Of a stretch of DNA of 64,000 nucleotides, positions 49,392 to 62,035 are shown piece by piece. The position numbers and the translations under genes were made by a program. This stretch comes from Antechinus flavipes (Eukaryota). The stretch is taken from positions 474,486,001-474,550,000 of the forward strand of contig NC_067401.1 of the NCBI RefSeq assembly GCF_016432865.1, read 5' to 3'. The notes under the pieces are model-generated. The model worked only from the letters and a program-made list of their open reading frames with translations. It had not been told where the DNA came from and searched no databases. How positions within the stretch are numbered: position 1 is the stretch's first letter; each line of letters starts with the position of its first letter.

Positions 49392-49722
49392 ATCTTTAGT
49401 ATATAAACAAAAATACCCCAAATGTAGGAAACAATCTTTAGTGTATAAGCAAAAATACCCCAAATGTAGACAACAATCTCAAGGGGTCCTCAAACTACGG
49501 CCAATGGGCCAGATGCTGCAGCTGAGGATGATTATCCCCCTCACCCAGGGCTATGAAGTTTCTTTATTTAAAGTCCCACAAAACAAAGGTTTTGTTTTTA
49601 TTAGAGTCCGGCCCTCCAACAGTCTGAGGGACAGTGAATTGGCCCCCTATTTAAAAAGTTTGAGGACCCCTGAATTTTATACTATAAACAAAAATGCCCA
49701 GAATGTAGGCAACAAGCAGGAA
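49392..49722. repeat. 42-bp tandem repeat (3 copies), third copy split by the MITE
   Basis: atctttagtatataaacaaaaataccccaaatgtaggaaaca at 49392 and 49434, resuming after 49672. Confidence 0.75.
49480..49672. mobile_element. Non-autonomous hAT MITE, OposCharlie1 (OC1)-like
   Basis: Perfect 15-bp TIR AGGGGTCCTCAAACT (49482-49496) / AGTTTGAGGACCCCT (49657-49671)G; ~192 bp; 8-bp TSD not cleanly readable. Confidence 0.8.
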
Positions 49723-50389
49723 CTTGGGGGTCTTAATTTCAGATGGCAAATTTGATTGGTGAGAATATCAGCTCACTGCTAGTGGGAATAATTTTATTCT
49801 TTTTATTTGTATCTTCAGTATCTAGCACTGGTATGACTTAAAATATATATTTAATAAAATGATTATTGAGACTTGGAACGAACTCCAAGACTCTGACTCT
49901 GGATCAAACTATCTTATTTTTTAAGGGAATTTAATTTTCCTCAATTCCATGTAAGACAATTTTTTAACATTCATCAAAAAAAAAATTGAGTTCCAAATTT
50001 TCTCCCTTCCCCCTTCCTACGATGATAAGCGATCTGATATAGGTTACATATGTGCAATCATGTAAAACATTTCTATATATAAAATATTTCTATATTAGTC
50101 ATGTTGTGAAAGAAAAAACATGCCAAAATGAAAAAAAAACTCACACAAAAAAGAAAGTGAAAATATATGCTTTGATCTGCATTCAGCCGCCATCAGTTCA
50201 TCACGACTCTTTTGGAATTGTTTTGGGTCATCGTATTGCCGAGAAGAGCTAAATCATTCATGGTTGATCATCGTACAATGTTGCTGTTACTGTGTACAAT
50301 CAATACACTTTGCTAAGAAAAAATAAGATTGGAGAGGGGTAACATTGTATATTAAAAAGATATAAGAAGATATACTTAAATGAACAAAT

Positions 50390-51540
50390 CTAGGTACCAG
50401 GATGAGGAAGCATATTGGACAAAGGGACAAAAGGGATTATGTGATCAGAATAGACTAGAGATCACCTGGACAGAAGGGTGAATAAATGAGATCACCAGCC
50501 TGATATAGTATAGATATAGCCAACAGTATAGTATTGATAAAGTATAGATAGTGATTGGAGTGATTGGAGACTTTCAATATCTTTCAATATCTCCTTCTTG
50601 TCTAAAAGATAACCTTATTTTTTTTCTCCAAAATATGGAGGAACCAACAAAGAGCAATTCTATTCTGGATCTGATTCTCCCTAAGGAGGAGGAACTATTT
50701 GTCAAGAGATTATGGGAATCCTGGATATAAGCGACCATTCCCTCCTAGAGTTTATAATAGAGAAGAAAGAAATCAGGATTCCTCTGATGAGCATTCTGGA
50801 TTCAACAGAAAGGATTAAAATTCTAGTGGGGGGAATCAGCCAGAAACATTAGGAAACTCACAAGACTGAAACTCTCAAGACACAAAGTGAAGCAATTTCA
50901 AGGAGGAAGAAAAAAATCTGATGAGATTAATGTGGATTCATAGGGAGCTCTCCAAATGACTTTTTTTTTTTTTTTTTGGAGAATTGAACAGAAGGCAGAA
51001 GACAGGGCAAGAAACAAAGTAATCTATAAAAATAGTGTTTGGAGAATTAAAATTGAGAAAGCCAGGGCTGCTAAGAGAAATTAAGGACATTTTTAGAGTC
51101 ATTTTGGGAGAAAAGGAAACTATAAAACATTGTGCATGAATTGATGGAAAGTAAAACTACTAAATTATCATTTAGTACCAAATACTCAATGGGCTTCCAT
51201 TTGTTTGTTTTTTGTTTGTTTTTCTTTGTCAGGGAGAATGATTTTTGCACTGGGAAGGACAGGACCAAAGTGGTCAAGAGGAATTTGAGATCCAAGATTG
51301 TAAGAAAGCACCCAATGATATTCTTATTGATTTCTAGTCAACTCTGTCCTGAGGAGCTGCTGGCAGCTGTAATTGCTGAATCCCTGCCTGTGTTATTTGC
51401 AAGATTGTGCAGAAGCGTGCAAAAGGGTTGGGGTCCTTCTATTCATGAGAAGAGAGAGAATTGAATCTGAATACAGATGAGCAAGCTTGACTTTGATTCC
51501 TGGGAGAATTTTAAAATGGAACATTAAAGAGGTGTGTAAG
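50390..51540 (+). mobile_element. CR1/L3 LINE ORF2 remnant (endonuclease end to RT start)
   Basis: Degenerate GDFN, EEPT...ILDLIL, SDH..LEF and LA.VIAE.L.V.F motifs (ggagactttcaatatc; gaggaaccaacaaagagcaattctattctggatctgattctc; gtaattgctgaatccctgcctgtgttattt). Confidence 0.78.
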
Positions 51541-52419
51541 AGCAGTCAGGTGGGCACAGTGGCTACAGCACTGACTCTGATTCAGGTGGAAATGAGTTCA
51601 AATCTGATTTCACACATCTACTTGCTTTGTAACCCTAGGCAAGTCACTTAACCCCAAATGCCTCCAAAAAAGAAAAAAGAAAAGGAGAGGAAGAGAGGGA
51701 AAGAGGCAGAGACAGGGATGTGTGTAGCACAGTCTCTGATCTCACTCTCCCCAAAACCACCCTCTGATTAGCTACTCAGAGTCTTAGAGCAAGATTATTT
51801 CTCCTCTCTGGGAGAGGCAGCTCTCAGGGTGGGAGGTTTCTTTCCACTATTATCGTTCACTGACTCTTGTCTAATATCTTCCCTCAATATCATTGCCAAT
51901 TCATTTCTGACCAGCGATTACTTCCATGGCCAATTAACATTAAATTAGCTTTCTCAGAGGGAAGTTTACTGAGAAAGTATAACAAAGACGGAAGTATAAA
52001 AATCTTCTTTCTTTCCTCCCTCTCTTTATTAAATCTCTGCTTTACACTCCCATGGATCCCTGGAAAACTCAAAAGTTCAAATGCCCTAAAGCATCCCCCC
52101 CTCTCCCAAGTTTACTTCTGACTCTAGCATTGGTTCTGGAACCATTAGCAAACTTGTAAGACAGGGTGTCTTGACAAGTGAATGGACTTATTACTGGGTA
52201 AGGCAGAGTGTTCCTCAGGGTTGGCTCCTTGCCACTGACTGTGTCTACCAACAGTTCCACTATGGATGTTTGAGGCTGGACCACTGGTGGTGGTGTTTTA
52301 TTTTTTTGAAGCACAGAAACAGACACAGCAGTAACAAGAGGAACAGAGGTGGCTATGGGTATGTGGCCACATGGCAGCCTGGAGGAAGAAATGAGGCAGA
52401 TAAGGGGATTGCACTTTCC

Positions 52420-52527
52420 CCCTCTCCCCTCTACTCCCTCCCTCCCTCCCTCCTTCTCTCCTTTGTCTGTCTCTCCTTTCTCTGTCTCCCTCTGTCTCTG
52501 TCTCTCTGTCTCTATCTCTGTCTGTCT

Positions 52528-52575
<48 letters not shown>
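52420..52575. repeat. CT-rich low-complexity tract with (TC)n at 52533-52567
   Basis: Direct reading. Confidence 0.9.
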
Positions 52576-53674
52576 TCAGGATCGCAACTAGTCTTGGCTC
52601 ATTTGGCACTGAGGCTTTTGTCTGTTGGAGCCACTGGAATACATTCTGTTCTAGCAGAGCATCCAGGTAAAAAACATTTCCTTGCCACATAAGTGAAAAG
52701 AGCCAGTAAGAGAATACTTCTGTGTGTGCTCAAGTGTGTCAATGAATGTCTGCCTATATTTCGCTCCCCAAGCCCCCAGTTAAGCTGGCGGCAGGCAGAA
52801 TAGACCACTTCTGTTCCCAGCCTGAGCCCTCACTGGCTGGGCCTCATACATCGAATCGGCAAACAGCAATGATCACAGAAGCCAAATTGGTTTCATCGTG
52901 AACAGGTTGTCATATCAGAGGCAGCCAAGTGGGACAAGTGATACGGCATCAGCTCTGGAGTCAGGAGGATGTGAGTTCAAATCCCGCTTTGGACACTTGA
53001 AGTGTAGTAGCTGTGGGACCTGACAAGTCACTTAACTCCCAACAGACCCCAAAAATCAAGTCCAAAAGCCTATGATTCGATTAAGACTGTCCTGCCAAAC
53101 ATCTAGACATTTTAGTGGATTTCACGCTCAGTGGGCGGCCAGGCACTTATTGCTGTCCTTTGAGGTCAGTCTGCTCCCATACACAGTGGTTGAGTAGATT
53201 GAATGGGAGGAGGGATATTGCCAAAGATCAGTGTCCCCTGGCTACCTCTTCCCCCACTGGTGAGACCTGCAAATCACTGCTGTTTTATAAACTTTTAGAG
53301 CCACAAAAGGGAACCTGAAGTCCATTTTTAAAGATAAAATCAGCTGGGGGAAATAGAAGAAAACCAGGAGTAGAGAGGGCCCAGGCAAAACAGAGTTTGG
53401 CTGGGAAAGAGCTCACCTGGAGAGCAGCTGCAAGGAATAATACGCTGGCCGATAGCTTTTTGTTTTTACTGTTTTTGCCGATTAGGACAGCTGTTTAACC
53501 CCAAATGGGGTCATAAGAAGTTGGAATGACTAAAACGATTCAACCACAACAAAATTCTAAATTTTATTGCTCTTGGACATAACTCCAATTGCCTTGCCCT
53601 AGTTTTGTCTGCGTCAATAGTCTACCTTAGCAAAAACTTCCAGCATCCTTTATAGTTACCCATTTGTGAGCACA

Positions 53675-53678
<4 letters not shown>

Positions 53679-53708
<30 letters not shown>
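53679..53708. repeat. (CA)n microsatellite
   Basis: Direct reading. Confidence 0.92.
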
Positions 53709-53711
<3 letters not shown>

Positions 53712-53939
53712 TCAATCAATCAGCAAACATTTATTTAAGTGCTCTGGATGTATCAGGCTTTGTGCTTTTGCCTTACAAACCTTCAGAGAAGGAGACCTGA
53801 CTAGATGTCCTACCTACTAAATAAAGACAAAAACCGAGACACAGAGATGGGAAGTGACTTTTTCAAGGATATGGGGGCGTGAGGTCACAGATCTGGGATT
53901 TGAACTTCTAGGACTTCAAATTGTCCAAATTAGAGACCT

Positions 53940-54165
53940 TAGGTAGCTAGAGGGCTCCAGAGTGCATTATACCTGGAGTTAGAAAGACCTGATTCAAACG
54001 TGCCCTCAGACACTTCCTAGCTGTGTGACCTTGGGCAAGTCACGCTATCCTGTGCCTCAGTTTCCTCACCTGTCAAGTGAGCTGGAGAAGGAAATGGCCA
54101 AATCCTCTAGAATCTCTACCAAAAAAAGCCCAACTGGGGTCATAGAGAGCTGGCATGGCTAATTG
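53940..54165 (+). mobile_element. MAR1-type SINE with RTE-like tail
   Basis: tagaaagacctgattcaaacgtgccctcagacacttcctagctgtgtgacc...gagctggagaaggaaatggc...ggggtcatagagagctgg. Confidence 0.72.
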
Positions 54166-55184
54166 ACTAAAATCAACCTAAAGCAGCAGTCGTAGGGGGA
54201 AGGAGTCACTTCTCTGGGCTTCGGTTCTGCTAAGAACCCTTCCAGTTCGAAGGTTCTATAACTACTCGAGCTCTTCTCTCTGATCTCAGGGCCCAAGTAT
54301 ATATGAGTTGGGAGCATTGGCAGTTTGGAAATTACTTAGGATATTCTCTCAGAGGGTGGGCAGACTGACTTCCTACCAGACCAGCCAACTCTTCTTGGAA
54401 ATAATTCCCGGTCTCTATCTCTATCTCTTTGTCTCTCTGTCTCTCAATCTTTCTGTGTGTTTCTATCTCTTTCTGACTCTGTGTCTTTCTGTTTTTTTTT
54501 TTTTTCTGTCTGTCTGTCTCTTTTATCTTCCAGGTAAAATTTATAGCTCAGCCAAGTCTGCTTTGACAACCCGGAGAAGTGGGGGAGGAAGGACAGAGGT
54601 TGGCAGCTGGAAACTGGCCCATATCTGATGCCTTTAAATCTCTCTGACCAATCACCACTATCTGACCCAAGGCAGATAGATCTGCCAGGACTTCCCTGTC
54701 CCCATTACTCACATCAGTTTTATAGTAAAAGGAGCCTTGAAGATTCAGCTTAGAGTCTTGGCTCAGCCACTTACACTCTGGGTAACTCTGGGCAGCGTGT
54801 CCCAGCAGGTGGGATCTTCAGTCAATGAGCTGAACTTCAATCCAAAGGGGTGGCTGTGGATGAGTCTCTACATGGTCTGGGGCTCAAGTTTCTTCTCTCA
54901 GTGTAGCGATTGATTAGGTGGTCATTAAGACCCGATCCAGCAGTGAATCCTACTGGCAGTACATAAGTGCTCACCTTTCTGCCTAGGGTAAAACAGCAGG
55001 CCCCGAGGGACTAGAATGCCCTGGCCTTCCTCTAGGCCCTCAGACTTGCCCTCTTGGGTCTGCATTTTTCCAGGATGGGTCCCAGGAGCTGCCTCAGCAA
55101 CTTGTAAGTCAATAAGCATTTATTAAGTACCTGCTGTGTCCCAGGCAATGTTCTTAGCGATGGAGATACAAAGAAAGTTCTAGA

Positions 55185-55415
55185 CAAAGAGAAAGAGAGA
55201 GACAAAAACAGACAGAGATAGAGGCAGAGGCAGAGGGGAGAGAGAGAGGAGAGAGAAAAGAGAAGAGACAGAGACAGAGACTGAAAGAGAGTCAGAGACA
55301 GAGAGACAGAGAAAGATAGAGAGAAAATGAGAGACAGAGACAGAAATGGAGAGAGGGAGGGAGGAGAAAGAGGGAAAGAGAAAGGAAGAGAGAGAGAAAA
55401 GAAGAAGAAGAAGAG
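55185..55415. repeat. GA-rich low-complexity tract
   Basis: Direct reading (gagacagaga units). Confidence 0.88.
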
Positions 55416-55689
55416 AAGATATCAGTCCTTTTTCTCACAGCTTAAGTGGGGATGACTCAGTGCAAACTAAAGCAAGTATAATTATTGAATAGACAAGCAA
55501 TATTCAAGTTCGAAGGAACTTGGAAATTAACGCACTTAACCCTCTTCATTTGTAGCAGAGGAAACTGAGGCCGGAGAGAAACGACTCATTCAAAGTCCGC
55601 TAGCCAGAGGATGGCTCCAAAGTGAGATTTGAATCCAAGCCTCTGACTCTCTAATTCTCCTTTTCCGGGATCCCAGGCTAAAACTTTAA

Positions 55690-57200
55690 GCAGCGGCTCA
55701 GAGCGGTCCCCTGGGGCCACGGAGGCCCAGGGCGGCCCCCATCTGTCACCGGGAGCCGCCGAAGCGTCGGGTTAGTTAACCCTCCGCGGCCCTCCTGGGG
55801 CTGAGCACCTGGCAGACACTGAGGGGCGGGGGGCGCCGAGACCTTAGAGGAGGGGAGCCCGCGGGCTGCTGGGGCCCAAGGCTGAGGGCGGAGAGTTAGG
55901 GAAGGGGGATGAGGGTAGGAGGGGGGGGCATAGCCTGGCCTAAGCGGGGTTAGGGTCTGAGTGACAAAGTCTAGGGCGCGGATGTTGGGAGAATTGACAG
56001 AAAGGGGTTGGGGGGCTGAGGGGCGGGGCCTGAGAGGACTGACAGACTGGGGGTCTAGGTCTGCAGAGAGGAGGAGAGGGGGCTGGAGGGTGGGGGGACT
56101 TGAAGGGCTGGCCGAAGGGGCGGTGCGTGCGGAGAGGGGCGTGGCTGGGTGTGGCTCCGCCCCGGGGCGGGCCCAAGCGCTCAGCGGCTGACCAGTCCCG
56201 GGCGCAGCCCCAGCCCCTTTTCCCGGAGCCGGTCCGGAGAGCCGGAGCTGGGCGCTCGCAGTCCGCCGCAGATCGAGCCGCGGCCAGAGCCGGAGAGTTC
56301 TGCCGGAGGCTAAGCGGGGTCTTCCGAGCCCCGTCCCAAGCCGCCGGACTGCGGCCACAGCTTTGTTGTCCTCTGCCCTGCACTGCCCTGCGCTGCCAGT
56401 TGGTCCAGCCCCGGGGCTGTGCTGCCCCTTCAGGTGCCGGCTCCGCGCTCCCAGACCACCCGGAGGCTCGACCTCGAGAGCAGCGTCACGAGCCCCCCTC
56501 CCCAAGTTCCCAGAGCCCCCCAGCCGAGGTAGGGGGCGCACCGGGGCAGAGAGATCTGGGTACGGGGAGGGGGCGTTAGGGAATGAGCAGGAGGGTCGGG
56601 GGGCAAGGGAGTCTGGAGGGGCGGGGGCAACGGGGTTGGGGAAGGAGGTCGAGGTACAGGGGGCCGGAGCAGGGCCAGGGGGCGTTGGGGGAGAGGGACG
56701 CTGGCTACCGAGAAAATTGGGGGGGGGCGAATGCTGGCAGCACGCAGGCCAGGGCTGATTGTTCGGGGCGGGGGGTGGGGGGACACTGCTGCAGCCGAAG
56801 GGTCTCCAGACCAGGGTAACCTGAAGGAGAGGCCATGTGTGGAGGATCCAAGGCTGAAGCAGCGGGAGGGTCTGAGAGCAGGTGCTGGAACCTTGGGCTG
56901 AGGAGGGGGGTGGGGGGTCAAGCCTGGTCTCAGTGTGCGGTGGGTGGGGCAGGTTGGAGCTGGGCACTGAGACCTGGATGGGCGGGGGGAAGGTCCTAGT
57001 TCTGAGCAGGGGGCCCCTAATCTGGGGAGGGACGAGAAGAGCCAGCGAGACCCATCGGGCGCCAGAGGGTAGAAGGGCAGCTCGGCTCCCTCCCCCTTTG
57101 CCTTGGTCTTGGGAGTGGCCCCTGGGGGAGTGGGGGGGCGGGGCTGCCTCCCGGCGGAGACCTCCTTCTCCCGTGGGTTGAGGAGGCTGTGGGCTAGACT
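55690..57200 (+). promoter_or_regulatory. RAB3B: CpG-island promoter, probably RAB3B; non-coding exon 1 ~56150-56528
   Basis: CpG-dense, GC boxes at ~56020 and ~56155, GAG|GTAGGG donor at 56529 followed by G-rich intron start. RAB3B is the gene expected after TXNDC12 by mammalian synteny; no coding exon in the window. Confidence 0.6.
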
Positions 57201-58565
57201 TCTTTGCAAAGAGAAGGGGAATTAGCCAGGCCAGAGGAGGGGAAATGCAGATAAGGCAGCAATCATTCTCAGGATTCTCTGGGTATTATTGCTTAATTGT
57301 ATGTGACCCTGTGGTTGTGTGTGTAGATTTATAAGCGTGGAGGGGAGTGGGGGAGGAGGTGAATGAATTTCCCAATATGCAGAGGACTGAGCCTCCTTGC
57401 CGGGAGGATGGGCAGAAGCAGATCTAGTGGGATGGGAGGTCTCGTGAGCCCCTCAAACACTGCGCATCTTCCAGATAGATCACCATTTGTTTGGCCAAGA
57501 GCTCTGAAGTCCCTTCCAGCGCTGAGATTCTGGAGCCCTGTCACTTCTCTCTGAAACTCAGTTTCCTCATTTGTCAGAAGCCTTAATATGACTTCTCCTG
57601 CCTTCCTTGTTGCTCTCCATTTCAGTGCTTTTTGGGGAGGATTTATCAGATATGGAACAAAGCACCAGAAGAGCCATTCAGGGATTAGCTAGTATGGCCT
57701 GTCAGCAAACATTTATTAAGCACTTACATGGGCCAGACACAGAACTGTGTTGAAGAAATAAAGACAAAAAAAAGTCCCCACTTCTAAAAGCTTGACATTC
57801 AATGGAGAAGCTTCCCTAGACTTTCATGCTTCCCCAAAAGAGGGAGACTGAGGGCTGGAGGCAAGGAAAGTGCCTTATCTAAGATCTCCCGGTTTGCACA
57901 TGGCAGAACTGGGACCTTCGATTTCGGAGCCTGCCTTCTTTCTATAGTTCTCTGCTTTGGGTGGGGTAGGAGTGAGTGCCACCAGGAACCAGGGAAGGTC
58001 ATGGCTGCCCTTTCACGCCAAGCACAGGTCACGGCTGTACTGGTCTCAGTTTCTTCTAATAGCTCCTTGTGGGTCTCCACTCAGGAATCCCACTGGATCT
58101 TTTTTTAGAGAAAAGGCCATAATGGCTCAATTACCCACAGGTCACTTATCTGGCAACCTTAATTCATCCATCAGTTTCGCCGGAGCTTTTTGATCCGTAG
58201 ATATTTTTAGCCTGTATTACATCTCAGGGCCGGACTCATCTATTAGAAGGTAGACTTGCCTATCTGGTTTGGGTCTTTTCTTTTTTAAAACTCAGCCTGA
58301 TTTCTTTGCCAAGTTCATGGACTTGAGGTAGAATCACAATGTCATCTTGCGAGTTAATAGCAATCAACTAACAAAGCAGAAATTGAGAGATATTTAAATA
58401 TGAAAAAACAAATGGATGTATGAGGGAGGCATGGGATCCAGGGAGAAAAGGGAATAGGTTTTTGCAAGATCCAAGAGGAAAAAAGATGTCCTTCCTACAA
58501 ATAGGATTGTGAAGCATTTATTAATGCTAATTATTAATTAATAATTGCCACATGCTGAGCCAGCT

Positions 58566-58992
58566 ATACAAAGAGAGATTGTCTGTTCTGATGGATCTTA
58601 CATTCTATTGGGAAACCATTAACTGATAATCATTTATTAAGCACTTACTATATACAAAGAGAGATTGTCTGTTCTGATGGATCTTACATTCTATTGGGAA
58701 ACCATTAACTGATAATCATTTATTAAGCACTTACTATATACAAAGAGAGATTGTCTCTGTCCTGATAGAGCTTACATTCTATTGGGAAACCATTAACTGA
58801 TAATCATTTATTAAGCACTTACTATATACAAAGAGAGATTGTCTCTGTTCTGATGGAGCTTACATTCTATTGGGAAACCATTAACTGATAATCATTTATT
58901 AAGTACTTACTATATACAAAGAGAGATTGTCTCAGTTCTGATGGAGCTTGCATTCTATTGGGAAACCATCAACCAATAATCATTTATTAAGC
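58566..58992. repeat. Minisatellite, five 86-88 bp units derived from an L2 3' tail
   Basis: atacaaagagagattgtc starts at 58566, 58652, 58738, 58826, 58914; each unit contains ataatcatttattaagcacttactat. Confidence 0.93.
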
Positions 58993-59189
58993 TCTAGAAC
59001 CCAGCAGCATTCTGGCACCCATTAGGCACTCAGTAGATGTTTGAAGGAAAGAATTCTTGCTAGTGGTTCTAGGGTCCTGGATAGAGCATTGAATTGGATT
59101 CAGGGTTGGGGCCCAAGGCATCCACTGAGTTGCTACATAATCTCACAGCAGTTATGTTCCCTGTTTAGGCAGCAGTTTTCTTTTTCTTT

Positions 59190-59810
59190 CCTTTTTTAAA
59201 TTAAAGCTTTTTATTTTTCAAAACATATGCATGGACAATTCTTCAACATTAGCCCTTGCAAAACCCTGTGTTCCAATTTCCCCTCTTCTCCCACGTCCTT
59301 TCCTAGATGGGAGTAGTCTAATATATGTTAAATATGGTAGAAATATATGTTAAATCTAATGTATGCATACATATTTATACAAAAAAATCAAATCAAACTA
59401 GTAAAAAAAAAAGCAAAATAAAATGCAAGCAAACAACAACAAAAAGAGTGAGAATGCTATGTTGTGGTCCACACTCAATTCCCACAATCCTCTTTCTGGG
59501 TGTAGATGATTCTCTTCATCACTGAACCATTGGCACCCATGAGGTTTGAATCATCTCACTGTTGAAGAGAGTCACGTACATCACAGTTGATTATTGTGTA
59601 ATCTTGTAGAATGATCTCCTAATTCTTCTCACTTCACTCAGCATCAGCTCATATAGGTCTTTCCAGCTCTCTCTGAAATCATCCTGCTGGTCGTTTCTTA
59701 CAGAACGATAATATTCCATAACATTCATATCCCATAATTTATTCAGCCATTCTCCCATTGCTGGGCATCCCCTCAGTTTCCAGTTTCTGGCCACTATAAA
59801 AAGGACTTAG
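59190..59810 (-). mobile_element. L1 ORF2 end and 3'UTR
   Basis: Minus-strand ARNWKLRGCPAMGEWLNKLWDMNVMEYY...DDFRESWKDLYELMLSEV. Confidence 0.88.
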
Positions 59811-61639
59811 GCAGCAGTTTTCTAACCTTCACAATGAGGGGATTGGATAAGTTGGCTGCTAAGGTACTGTCTCTTTTAAATATTTCATGGGGTATGTTCA
59901 CATTAAGTAAACTGGCAGTGAAGTCACTGGTGGATGACCAAGTGGTAAGGAGAGTGCCTCCTGGGCCACATTCATTGGAACCCAATATTCTTAGAATCAT
60001 GGCACATGAGAACTGGAAAGAACCTTAGAACCCAAAATATCAGAGTTAAAAGGAACCTTGGAAAACATCATGTCTAGTCTCCTACTTTCATTCACTCCAT
60101 TCACTCCATTCATCTATTCGTTCCTACATTCAACAAATGTTTATTAAACATCTTCTAGATACAGAATCTTGAGCAAGGCAGTAGGAGAGAGATAAAGTTT
60201 GAAAATAAATCGGTTCCTCAAAGAGCTTATATTTTAAGAGGGGGCACAAACAGAGAAGCATAATATACAGCATTACATATTTAGTGCACACAAGAGGTAC
60301 AAAACTGGTTTTGAGATTTCAGGGCTGAAGTGTGTTCATTTGAGGGATCATCGGCCTGGGAATTTGGAAAGGTGCCTTTTGAAGTGAGCTTTAAAGGATG
60401 ATTATTGGGAATTCCAGGAGTAAAAAGGAAAATCAGAATGCTCCAGATAGAAAGAACAGTTTTGAGAAAAGGTGGGATGAGGTCCAGAAGTGACATTTTT
60501 TGCTCCAGGTCACAAAATGAATGGTAAAGCTTAAATGAAGCAGAGAAAAGACTTGAGCTAGTTTTTTTTACCCTTTCTTCATTGTTTTCTAGTCCCTCAT
60601 GTCCCTAAAGCCCAGAAAGATCCATTAAATTAGAAATTCTGCATCTTTTTCTTTTTGGCAGTCAGTCTGGTGAATGGTGTTTTTCAGAATGCTTTTAAAT
60701 GAATAATATAAAATATGTAGAATTACAGAGGATTCTGTATTGAATTCATATCAAAATATGAAAAAGAATACGCTCATAGACTCCTCTACGTGAGTCATTT
60801 GCCTCTCTGCTTAGAATTTTGCTTACAGTGTCTTTCTTTTTATGAAGAACTTGCTTCTGACAATTATCTGGCAAAAGGAGAGAGGGAAAAAAATGGAGAC
60901 AGGGAACTTTCAAAATACCTTTAGTCTCATGAACTGGGCCAGGTCCTGCTTAGAAGAGAAATGGGAATTCTGGAGGGGCCTCTAGACTAGCGGATACTGA
61001 TGCCTGGAGGATCTGGAGATGAAAAGAACTTAGGTGCATCAAGTTCAAACTGTCTTTTAGCCAAGAAGGAAACTCAGGCTCAAGGAGGGAATGTGACATG
61101 TCCAGTATGTTCATTCAATCACTCATTCATAGATATTCATTCTTTCATCCTTTTATCCAACATTTATTAATCATCTTGTCTGTGGCCAGCACCATCTTAG
61201 ACACAGTGGGGGATTCACTTTAAGATTAAGAAAGTCTAAATACCCTGAAGCAATCTATAGTGTGATTATAGAAATAAATACAACACAGTATAGAAGGATG
61301 AACCAGATCGAACATAAACTAAACATTGCCTGCTTCCAAAAAAAAAATCAACCTCACGAATATATGTAATGAGATGACTGAAAATTTTGAGGGTCTAAGA
61401 GGACTGCAAGCTCATAGGAGTCCGCAGAAATCTTCTGTGACCTTGGACTGCTTTAAGCAGCGTGCCATTCGGGATTTGGGGAGTTTGTCTCACTAAGGGT
61501 TCTTTTCATTCTGGGTGAGTCAGTGATGGGAGGTGATTGTCCTGTTTTTGAGGGGTCTCCTCTGGAGCCTATGAGTTCCACAAATTAGAAAGGATTTTGA
61601 TAAGTCAGAGCGGTGACAAAGGAGAGAACAAGTAGAGAC

Positions 61640-62035
61640 TGGAGAAGACCCCTTGCTATATGAGGGTGGGTTAAACCATTGTGCCTGTTTAATTTGGAAA
61701 AGGGAGGACTGAAGGACAAGACTTTATAAGTGCCTTCATATAGAAGAAAAAATCTGAAAGAAAAAGAAGTCTGTTGGACTCCAGGATCATAGGCAGGAGC
61801 AGTGTGGACAGAAGGAAGCATTAAATTTAATCTTGATGAGTGGAAAAAAATTTCCAACTGAGAGAGAATGACATGAGTCGCCCTGGAAGTAATGTGGACA
61901 TAGTGAGGACTGTGGGCTTCAAGCAAAGTTGGGATAGTCATTTGTAGGGTCTGTTTCTGAGAGGATGCCTAATTACATGTGGTGGGCCGAATTAGATGGC
62001 CTTGAAGATCCCTTCTAGGGATGAGATTCTATGAC
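61640..62035 (+). mobile_element. CR1/L3 3' remnant
   Basis: tttaatttggaaaagggaggactgaagga...ttagatggccttgaagatcccttc...gagattctatga. Confidence 0.65.

Noticed and set aside
55799-55822. Possible REST/RE1 site (ctgagcacctggcagacac) upstream of the probable RAB3B exon 1
   Set aside because: Only the left half-site matches; the GGACAG right half is absent.
55678-56967. 429-aa Pro-rich minus-strand ORF and other long ORFs over the 56-kb island
   Set aside because: Stop-poor GC-rich DNA, low-complexity product, no recognisable domain; expected CpG-island artefact.
58566-58992. Regular ~87-bp periodicity resembling a CRISPR array
   Set aside because: No unique spacers (whole units repeat), L2-derived, mammalian genome, no cas genes.
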